This document shows, piece by piece, positions 24,258-33,476 of a stretch of 64,000 bases of DNA (within the stretch, counting starts at the first letter, position 1; each line of letters begins with the position of its first letter). The stretch covers positions 1,612,001 through 1,676,000 of the forward strand of contig OZ037843.1 of NCBI GenBank assembly GCA_964035575.1, given 5' to 3'. Both the position numbers and the translations under genes were made by a program. Source of the stretch: Rhynchopus sp. YZ270_cl-10. Taxonomy: Eukaryota. A model generated the notes under the pieces. That model was not told where the DNA came from, ran no database searches, and saw only the letters and a program-made list of their open reading frames with translations.

Positions 24258-26893
24258 CAGTGTTCCTAACCCTAGTTTTAAACGAAACGTTTTAAACGTT
24301 TTAAACTCTAAACGTTTTAAACTGTTTTAAACGTTTTAAACTCGAATAAAAAACGGTGGTGAATTTTGGCTTTTCAGGCAAAAAAAAAAATTTTTTTTTT
24401 TTTTTTTCAGGCAAAAAAAAAATGTCTTTGCGAAAAAAATGTGGTATTTTCCTCTTTGCTGAACTTTTCAGTGGCAGCAGGCACGGTGTAATTAGGTGTA
24501 GTAGGTGTAAATTATGCGCATGCATGTTAATGCTGCGGTGTAGCCAACCCCCCACCCCCCTTAGTCAGACACATCTTCTATCTTCAGGCAAGAGTGCACT
24601 GCTGACAGCATCTGGAGCTTCTCTGCTGACAGACGGCACCTTCTGCCCCCCGAGAGCCAGCCCATCGAGCTGAACGTACGCTCCACCTCCGCCGTCGAGG
24701 GCCGGATCGCCACGATGGGGATGGCGATGCGCGCCAGCGTACACCCCTTCTTCGCAAGCACAGTCCACCACTCCTCCGGCGTCACCTTCCCCGCAATCTT
24801 CCAGAAGCTCTCCTTCGAGAAGAACTCCAGCTTGTTGGAGAGGAGGAGGAGGTCGGAGCTTTCCCCGCCGCACGCCTTCACGTACCGTTCGGCGGCTTCC
24901 TCAACTTCCGCAGGGGGGGAGTAGCCCTCGAAGAAGGCCTTCGCATCGCCAGCACCCTCCCGGGAATACTCCACGGGGGTCATCACGGTGGCGGCACACA
25001 GCCAGTCCTGTGACTCGTACTTCTCCCTCCGCCCAGCCGCCTTCTGCGCCCAGTCTCGCATCTTCTTCCGGTCTCCTGCAGGCACCGTTCCCTTCGCAGC
25101 GCAGGCAATGATCTTCTTCTCAACGGCAGAAAAGATAGGGATGATCATGCCTGCCCTGCCCTTGTTCCCCTGCAGGAGGTTTATCGCCACAGAGACGAAG
25201 GCCATAGCCTCGAGTACGACCGCGAAGGTGTCCCACTTATCCAGCAGCTCCTTGAGGGAGGGGCACTGCGCCGCAATTGTGTTGTCGTCATTCATGAGGA
25301 TGAGCGACGTCTTGGCTTCACACATCACTTTCCAGCACTCATGCGAGCTGGTCCAGCGGGTGAGGGTGGGGCGTGGGGGCTTCTTTGCCTGAGGGCGGCC
25401 ATTCTGGACCTGGAGCTCAGCAAACTTCTTCCCGAGAGCCTCGACATTGCGAATGGAGGAGGTGGTGGTGCTCAACAGATCTACCAGCCAAGCGAAGGCG
25501 TTCTTCACTTCCTTCCCCGCGCTCTTCCTCACCCCGAAGGCATCATTCAGGACACGGTTCAGGGTGTGAGTAGAACAAATGAGAAGCACGCACTTATGCT
25601 CGTTCTCCCCCCTGGCTTCATTGATTTCGGTAGCAAAAACCTTGCACCCTGCAGCTGTAGTGGTGTCCCCATCACACACTAGCCCACTCAACTTATCTTT
25701 TTCTGGCATCTCATGCAGGTGCGTACGGATCTCCTCCGCATTGTGCGAGTCCTCCTCCAAAACTTTTGTGCTTACAGGGCGGGCATCCGCACCATCTCCG
25801 GAGGCGACAAGGGTGAACACCTTCTCGTCGTTGTGCGCCTTCCAGCCATCAACGTATACCGAGATGTGCAGGCTCTGTGCTAGGGCTGCTCTCACAGGAA
25901 CCATGACCCTGTCATACTCAGCCTTAAGTACCCTGTTGCCCATCTGGTACCCGCTGGGAATTTTTGCCACATCAAATGCTGGCACCAAGCGCTTGATCAG
26001 CCTCTGCAGGTATATTGACTCTGCAGTGCTGAACGAGAGGCCGTGCGCAAAAAAGAGGCGACCAAGGTCAGCTTCGATGTTTGCGTAGTCCTCGTCAGTC
26101 AGAGCTGACGGATCACCCCGCTTGCGCTTCGCGCGTCGCGCCTGAGTTTGGGGAGTCTGCTCCGAAGATTGTGACGATGCCACTGGGGGAGACTGTGTCT
26201 GGGACACGGGTGGCTGTGAGGATGGCAACACCTCAGGGGATTCCGCCTGACCTGGGGGGGGAAGAAGCACCGGGGGAGCCTGGTCCGGGGGAGTCTCCTG
26301 CGAAGATGCTTGCGGCGCCCCATCATCCTCATCATCCTCCACGCCCTTGGCCTTCCGCACGATCGCTGCAGGGGCGTCGCTGCACTGGCTCAGGTGTTTG
26401 CGCATACGTGTTCCTGTTGCGCTCAGCACACACTCGCCGCAGTGGTTGCACTTAGCATCCTTTTCGGAGCTGAAGTGTGCACGCGACCAGCATGGCGGGC
26501 GACCCATAATTGTCTTGTGTATGTCTGTTCGTGTTGGGTGAACATACTGTACAAAAAAATGCAGTCCTGGGAAAATTTAAGACGGGGGTCTATCGGAAGG
26601 TTTTCGCGCATTCATTAGGGTACCGTACAGGAAACAAGTTGCCATAGCAGGAGAAACGAAGAAAAACCAGGCTAAATTGACCATAGATACACCAAAACTA
26701 TGATTTTTGATACAGAAAAAAAAAAATTCGAAAAATCCCCCCACTTTTTTTACGTTTTTTTGTGCAGAACTGCCACCCGTTTTTTATTCGAGTTTAAAAC
26801 GTTTAAAACGTTTAAAACGTTTAAAACGCGTTTTAAATAATTTAAAACGTTTAAAACGTTTTAAACGTTTTAAACGCAAAATTAGGAACACTG
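24258..26893 (-). mobile_element. Intact autonomous hAT DNA transposon
   Basis: Perfect 12-bp TIRs CAGTGTTCCTAA/TTAGGAACACTG, a perfect 8-bp TSD GGTGGGGG (24250-24257, 26894-26901), subterminal AAACGTTT arrays at both ends and an uninterrupted transposase ORF. Confidence 0.95.
24561..26507 (-). CDS. hAT-family transposase (648 aa)
   Basis: BED-type zinc finger (W..AHF..CNHC..HLSQC), catalytic D (VYVDGW), D (VCDGD), CxxH (CSTH), an RW motif (TRWTS) and the hAT dimerisation region with E (WW...PSTAEVERTFS). Confidence 0.93.
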   Translation of the reverse strand: MGRPPCWSRAHFSSEKDAKCNHCGECVLSATGTRMRKHLSQCSDAPAAIVRKAKGVEDDEDDGAPQASSQETPPDQAPPVLLPPPGQAESPEVLPSSQPPVSQTQSPPVASSQSSEQTPQTQARRAKRKRGDPSALTDEDYANIEADLGRLFFAHGLSFSTAESIYLQRLIKRLVPAFDVAKIPSGYQMGNRVLKAEYDRVMVPVRAALAQSLHISVYVDGWKAHNDEKVFTLVASGDGADARPVSTKVLEEDSHNAEEIRTHLHEMPEKDKLSGLVCDGDTTTAAGCKVFATEINEARGENEHKCVLLICSTHTLNRVLNDAFGVRKSAGKEVKNAFAWLVDLLSTTTSSIRNVEALGKKFAELQVQNGRPQAKKPPRPTLTRWTSSHECWKVMCEAKTSLILMNDDNTIAAQCPSLKELLDKWDTFAVVLEAMAFVSVAINLLQGNKGRAGMIIPIFSAVEKKIIACAAKGTVPAGDRKKMRDWAQKAAGRREKYESQDWLCAATVMTPVEYSREGAGDAKAFFEGYSPPAEVEEAAERYVKACGGESSDLLLLSNKLEFFSKESFWKIAGKVTPEEWWTVLAKKGCTLARIAIPIVAIRPSTAEVERTFSSMGWLSGGRRCRLSAEKLQMLSAVHSCLKIEDVSD

Positions 26894-27170
26894 GGTGGGG
26901 GATAAAACAATTATCCCCCGTTTTTTCTCCCCCATTTTATTTTATTTTATCACCCACTACAGTTATCCCCCATTTCCCACACCGCGTTTTTGGTGTGGAT
27001 TTTCCTTGGGGATGGGGATATTCAGGTGGGAAAAAAGAGAGATGTTTTTTTTTATCCCCCACTACAACTATCCCCCATTTTTTGAGAAGAAAAAACTGGC
27101 GATATTTTTTATTTTATCCGCCATTCTACAGTTATCCCCCACTACAATTATCCCTCCCCCCCCTTTAAAG

Positions 27171-27739
27171 TACCGTCTTTTGAAAAAATATGGACCAGAA
27201 ATAACATGGACCAGAATAATGATGGACCAGAACAATCATGGACCTTTTGGGATTTTTTTTTTTTTATGGACCTATTTTTCTGGTCCGACATATGTGTGGG
27301 GTTTTTTTGTACTTGTCCAGAATTTTGACAGGGAGTCGCGCGCGCGAAGCGCGTGCGACCGCTTGTGTGGGGAGAAAGCTCGGAATGGGTCTACCGGGCC
27401 ACATATAAGCCGAGATACCCCGCCAACGTGCGGTACCGAAAGCTCGGAATGGGTCTGCCGGGCCCACATATAAGCCGAGATGCCCCGCCAACGTGCGGTA
27501 CCGAAAGCCCGGAATGGGTCTACCGGGCCACATATAAGCCGAGATGCCCCGCCAACGTGCGGTACCGAAAGCTCGGAATGGGTCTGAAAATGGACAAGTT
27601 CAAAAAAAAAAAGCCTAACACAGATGGACCAGAAATAACATGGACCAGAACAATGATGGACCAGAACAATTATGGACTTTTTGGGATTTTTTTTTTTATG
27701 GACCTATTTTTCTGGTCCATAATTTTTCAAAAGACGGTA
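27171..27739. mobile_element. TA-flanked MITE with an internal ~62-bp tandem repeat (~3.3 copies, 27375-27586)
   Basis: ~30-bp TIRs taccgtcttttgaaaaaatatggaccagaaa / tttctggtccataatttttcaaaagacggta. Confidence 0.85.
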
Positions 27740-28132
27740 ATTTGCCAAGATTTCCATGTTGTGAATGTCACTTGTTTTGCAGACAACAACGCAGTGTAAC
27801 GCAGCGTAACGCAGTGTAACGGAGTGGTTGTTAGGAAATAATACAAACTGTAAGGATCGGACCTTTTTGGAATCGAAGGATGAAATTTGTGTGTATAATT
27901 CGATAGTCTTGTATGTGTTTCCTCTCTCTCTTTTCTCCCCAACCTCTGCTCCCCGACTCCAATTCAACCAACACTCGAGCACGGTTTGCAGCGCTTAAGA
28001 CTAACAGGTGCAGTCTGATAAACGAAAAGGTTACGAGTTGAGTTTAGTGCCATACGTCGCCCCGCAGCTTTGTCTTACTGTCATGACCATGCCTATTAAA
28101 ATCCTCCAAGGCAGACACAAGAGTAACGACAA

Positions 28133-28645
28133 AAGGTGCTTACCTCCGGTGTAAATACATCCTCTCAAATTTTTTCTGTCGACACGCCAGTGGAATTAGC
28201 TGGGTGGCCATTCAGGAATGAGAAGTAGTATCCACCGTTTAAAGTGCGATCGAAATAATTTATTGTTACACTGGGCTTGATTTTTGATTACACATCAACG
28301 CTCAGTGTTACCAGTGCAGGTCACTGTTGTACACTACATTACACCCTTAGGCCTTTTCTTTACTGGCAATAAGATAACCGCAGCTTTACAGCGCAATTTT
28401 ATATTTTTTCGACGCACTTTAAGACTTTAATAACATATGAGGTGGCCTTTCCTCCGTCGACACCCACGCTGCACACGATGGCTGGGTGGCCATTCGGGGA
28501 CGTGAGCCACTGTGCGGTCGGATGGCGTACTGATGTTGCTTTAAATTTATTGTAGTGCTCAGTGCGACCGAGTGGTGCACATTGGCAACATATATTACAC
28601 CGTTATGCCTATTCTTTTCTGGCAACTTAATACAGCTTACAGCAC
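28133..28645. repeat. Degenerate tandem duplication (two units of ~200-260 bp)
   Basis: Blocks gtcgacac, gctgggtggccattc, aatttattgt, gctcagtg, attacacc, ctggcaa and cagctt(t)acagc occur twice in the same order. Confidence 0.6.
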
Positions 28646-29762
28646 ACAGTAACAGCTAAATGACGCACACCATCCTGTAGTTAAAAGCTTTCCTTACTCT
28701 ATGTCCTTCGGCCTTTGTGCTCTTGATAGTACGAGGTTAAGTACGGGATCGAGAGGGAATAAGCTACAGTTGTGTTGAATTGAATTGGAGTAGGGGATGC
28801 GTTCAATGAAATCATTTGTGTAGAAAAGTTTCGAGGATGTAGGTTTTATTATTTTTATCTTTATCAAAAAGTTTGACGTGCTGGGTCGCGTTCTATTGAC
28901 GACTCTCCTCAAAAAAAAGATTTTTGCGGGCCACCCAACCGTCAAAAACAAACAAATACATCATGACCTTTCAAGACCAACCAACTACCTTTCAATAGAA
29001 AATAAAATCCTTTTGTTTGCTTGCGACACTATTCACTTTTTTCTCTTTGGTGCTAGGATCACCCTCCCCAGGGCCCCTATCACGTACCTTTCGATCCACC
29101 GTGCTCCGGTATGCACGTCAGAAGGCGTTTTTTGAGGGTGGTTTTCACGCTCTGTCTGACCCGGAGGCATCTCCGCAGAGAAACCCCCAGCAACCCCCCA
29201 GCCAGAGGGGACATTTGGATCCAAACCCCTCACTGAGGAATAATTCACGGCCACAATCGGTTTTTTCCCTTATGGAACCACCCATGGTTCTGACACCGTA
29301 ATTCACATACCTTTCACGAGTTCGCGTTTCCCACCCCACAGTATAACCAAAAATACCAATTTTTGGTTGGTACCGCCACCAAAAAGAGGGGAAAACCCCA
29401 GGTTTCTGGTGAAAAAACGCCTGATAGTGTAGCTGTAAAACACCGAACAGAGGGTTTAAAAGTGTAAACTTCACGACACAAAACTTCTTCAGAAGTACGA
29501 AGTATGGAAACGTCTGATTTTGAAGTCAATGAAAACTCCACCAACAGTAGTTTATGACCCTGCCATTTTTTCGGATCGCTCGCGAAACTTCATATTACGA
29601 TGTTTTGAGCAAATATAATCACACCAACCGATCCATGCCCCAAAATCAAAAATCCAGTGCGGCGGGTTTTTATGGGTTTTTTTGTTACCTACATCTGCAT
29701 GGGTTATCTTCATCACTGCCCCCCCGCCCTAGGCACACAGCAGTTGGCCCTTTCATACAAAA

Positions 29763-32267
29763 ATGCCGTCTCCTGTGTTCTTCGCGTACTTCCGCCGTGC
29801 GCTGCTTACGTCCGTCTTTGTTGCGATCGGGATGGCTCTGTACCTTGGAGGTGAGACTGACGCTGCTTGTCAGACTGTGCACCTGATGGCGATAGCGACG
29901 ACTGCGTACCTGATGGGTGAGCGTGCGGCAGGGACGAGCGGCGATCACTCGTCTCTCACAGACTTCCTTGTGTGGTCCGTGTATCTGTGTGTGCTAGGAT
30001 TTGTGCTTGTCACGTCCACAGTTCTGACGGTGGACAAGCCGTACATGGGGCTATGCTACCTCTCTGTCTACTCGTGTGGGGTTTTCTACGGGGGTGGGAA
30101 GGTTGCTCTTGTGATGCTGTTGGTGGAGCGCCTCCGCATTCTGCGTGATGCCTCGCGTGACCAAGCGCTCTCGAGGTGGAAGGACCGGCATTGGATGGTG
30201 ATGATGGGCTTCATGCTTCCTTACCTCGCGTCAGCGGCAATACTGATGGCTAACATCGATGCGGTACTGAGCCCAACGCGTACGTGCTTTATTTTGATCT
30301 CGTTGCTGGCGACGTACCCTGTCCTGTCGTACAACACCTTCTTCACGATCATTGTGTCTGGCTGCTTCTTCTGGGAGACGTGGAAGCTGAAGCGCAAAGG
30401 CGGCTTATCAACACTGCGTGTGAGTCTGAGAGGTGTGAGTCCGACGGGTGCTCTGCTCTCGTGTCTCATCTACCTCACGTGCAGCACGATGAACGTAGGT
30501 TCCTTTCTGTTCAACTCTAGACAGCACTACCGCACCTGTCTGACGCTGTGTGTGATGGATTTGTGGGTGGGCATGTTCGTGACAGACTACATGTCAGGGC
30601 TGGTGGCAGACATGGAGAAGGTGCGCACAGACGCGGAGGAGGCAATGGACGCAATCGCCGTGATGGAGCTGGACAGACTGGAGCATCTGGAGCGTGAGCC
30701 AACGTCGCGTGTGCAGGCGTCGCTTGCGCGCATCATCGGCCTGCTGCGGGACATTAAGCAGTTCATCCCAAGCACGTACCTTGCGTCGCTCAAGGCTGAC
30801 AGTGAGGATGTGATTGAGGACGACGCCTACAACGTCACACTGACACGCACAGATGCACCTGGGACAGTGTCTGGCCGTGCTGCCATTGTCTTCACAGACA
30901 TTGTGTCGTCGACACAGCTGTGGGAGGCCTGTCCTGAGGGCATGGCGAAGGGCATGCGTCTGCACAACAAGACCGTCCGCGACTGCATTGCTGAGATGAA
31001 CGGGTACGAGGTGAAGACGATTGGGGATGCCTTCATGGTGTCCTTCGACACGTCGCACGAGGCAGTCAGCTTTGGTGTGCTTGTGCAGGAGCGGATGTAC
31101 GGGCTCACGTGGCCGCAGGAGTTGGTGGACTTCAGCCTTGCACCGAAAGAAGAGAAGGAGAGCAAGGTCGGCATGCAGCTGCGCATCGGTGTGAATGCAG
31201 GCGACACGCGTGTGGAGTTCAACGGCATCACAGGACGTGCAGACTACTTCGGCCCCACGGTGAACGTTGCAGCACGCATTGAGTCACGTTGTGTTGCTGG
31301 GTCGGTGGCAGCACCACAGGCGGTCTACGACGAGTGGAAGACGGCGTGTGGCGACAGCGGGCTCAGCGTTGCGATGGGTGACATTGAGCTGAAGGGTGTG
31401 GGCCAGAAGGTGTCTTTGGTGTGTGTGATTCCCTCTTCGATGCCGTGGCGTGAGAAGGCTGTCAAGGCACTACTGCGGAGACCAAGCCTTATTGAGCCGA
31501 AGCGTGTGTCCAAGTGTTCTACAACGAAGTCTTCAGTGCAGACAGCCACAAGGGTGCACGAGCGCAAGCAAGACTTCGAAGGCAAACTCGCAACAGTGGC
31601 ACGCATTGAGCTGCGCTTCACCGAAACCTCAGGAGACCCCATCGGGAGCTTGAACGAGAAGCTTGGGAAGGTGATCGGCTCGCTGGAACGGACAGAAGGC
31701 TCCGTCACAGCCCTCTTCGGGTCGCACGTGATTGCGGGTTGGAACACATCACGTCGGAACATGAACCACGTGCAAAGCTCCTTCGTGTTCTGCCAGATGC
31801 TGCACAAGTCGACAATGTGGGCCTACTCAGACGGCCCTGTGTTTGTCGGGCTGTGCACGGGCACAGTGTACGCAGCGACACTGGGTGCAGCAGGACAGCG
31901 CTTCATGACAAGCATTGGCGCGTGCCTGGGGATGGCAGGACACGTGCTGCACCGGAGCATCAACCACAGGGTGTTTGCGCTGTACTGCACATTGCTCGAC
32001 ACACCTGTGACATATTCGGCTTCGACACGTCCTGTGCTGAGGTGGGATGTGAAGCGTCTTCGTGGGACAGCGACTGTTGATGTGCACGAGGTGTGCCTTG
32101 AGACCAATGACTTTGAGGATGAGCTGGAGTGGGGCTGGACACAGGATTACTGGACTGCTTTTGCTGAGGGGAATGAGAAGCAGATCAGGGACAAAGGCCT
32201 CAATGACGCAACACTGATGAAGATAGTGAACACTGTGTGCGACACGTCTGTGTTCCTTTATTGCTGA
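29763..32267 (+). CDS. GPCR-like multi-TM receptor adenylate cyclase, paralog 4 (834 aa)
   Basis: Same architecture and catalytic motifs. Confidence 0.92.
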   Translation: MPSPVFFAYFRRALLTSVFVAIGMALYLGGETDAACQTVHLMAIATTAYLMGERAAGTSGDHSSLTDFLVWSVYLCVLGFVLVTSTVLTVDKPYMGLCYLSVYSCGVFYGGGKVALVMLLVERLRILRDASRDQALSRWKDRHWMVMMGFMLPYLASAAILMANIDAVLSPTRTCFILISLLATYPVLSYNTFFTIIVSGCFFWETWKLKRKGGLSTLRVSLRGVSPTGALLSCLIYLTCSTMNVGSFLFNSRQHYRTCLTLCVMDLWVGMFVTDYMSGLVADMEKVRTDAEEAMDAIAVMELDRLEHLEREPTSRVQASLARIIGLLRDIKQFIPSTYLASLKADSEDVIEDDAYNVTLTRTDAPGTVSGRAAIVFTDIVSSTQLWEACPEGMAKGMRLHNKTVRDCIAEMNGYEVKTIGDAFMVSFDTSHEAVSFGVLVQERMYGLTWPQELVDFSLAPKEEKESKVGMQLRIGVNAGDTRVEFNGITGRADYFGPTVNVAARIESRCVAGSVAAPQAVYDEWKTACGDSGLSVAMGDIELKGVGQKVSLVCVIPSSMPWREKAVKALLRRPSLIEPKRVSKCSTTKSSVQTATRVHERKQDFEGKLATVARIELRFTETSGDPIGSLNEKLGKVIGSLERTEGSVTALFGSHVIAGWNTSRRNMNHVQSSFVFCQMLHKSTMWAYSDGPVFVGLCTGTVYAATLGAAGQRFMTSIGACLGMAGHVLHRSINHRVFALYCTLLDTPVTYSASTRPVLRWDVKRLRGTATVDVHEVCLETNDFEDELEWGWTQDYWTAFAEGNEKQIRDKGLNDATLMKIVNTVCDTSVFLYC

Positions 32268-33476
32268 AGGCTCTATTCACCGCCGTGCACTCTGTTGGCA
32301 GGCGAGAACCGAATCTCCACCTCAGGGTAAAGGTGCTGGGAATCCTACCCTGGGTGAAGGCAGGCACACTACATGTGTGTAGGGACCTCCTGGATACCCT
32401 AGCCAGTGAAGCCATGAGACCCCCCTAGGAAACTGGGATATTGGAAGAGACCTCGCTGGTAGCCGGGAACCCTCCCTGGGCTAGTGCAATAATGTAACTT
32501 CAATCTTAAGTCCACAGCTCGCGAGCTGATGGTTCATCTTTAAAGACTTTCTTGGCTTTGCCTTTGTGTCAACTAGGACATTGTAGCATTCTTTCCAGAA
32601 CGCTCTTTTTACACACAACTCAATGATATTATGATAGCCCCAAAAGAAACAACAAATTTTTCAAATGTTTTATTTTGAATTGATTCGCGCGTTCGAAAAA
32701 CGAAAACGCCTGCATACAACCGTAATTTCTGTTAACTGCCATGGGGGTGGCACGACCCACCTCTCGCCGCGTCTTTTTAGTCAAAACCCCGTGTGATTGT
32801 TTTATACTTTTCCCCTTTTAATTTGTTTTTCGTTGTGTCGTATATATTACAAAAACCCGGTGTGCGGTGGCAGACAGTGGAAGGTTCTGATCATAAAGCC
32901 CCTTTTTTCCGCACGTTAAGGAAAGGCAGCTTCCTCTTTGCCAACTCCATTTTCTTGGACCTGTTCCAGGACCGTGCATGCTCCGTTCTCTAAAAGGAAT
33001 GGTAAAACCGTTTTCAAACAAAAAAACAGCTCTCTGCAGCTCTCTGTGCAGTGAAGAGTTCCTACTTCACTCATGTTGCATTAGAAGGTACGAAGGCTTC
33101 CTGCTCGCACAGCCCTTTACAGGGTGACGTTTGCAGTCTGAAGTCAGCCTCTCATGTGAAGATCTATGCAGACACTTAACGAAGAAAAAGAAAATAATAA
33201 AACCTACATTCTTGAACTCTTCTACACGACGTGATTTTCATTGGACGCATCCCTTCTCCAATTCAATTCAACAAAACTGTGGCTTACTCCCTCAAAATTC
33301 GTGAAACTTCGCAGGAAAAAACTCTTTTTTTGTTCGCGAGTTTGTTTTGCATCTTCCGCAGTTTACAAACTTTTTTTTTTGCCCGGTATGGGAGCGTATT
33401 GCAGTAAATAAAATGTCAACACAGAATTTACACACTTTACGCACAAAACAAAGTCGTCTTTTTCTTTTTGTCAACA

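Larger units (their letters stand above)
24241..27167. mobile_element. Small MITE split by the hAT insertion (24241-24257 + 26902-27167)
   Basis: The reconstructed left end taaagggggggtgggggataa is the imperfect reverse complement of ttatccctcccccccctttaa. Internal repeats of ttatcccc(c)actaca are present. Confidence 0.6.
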
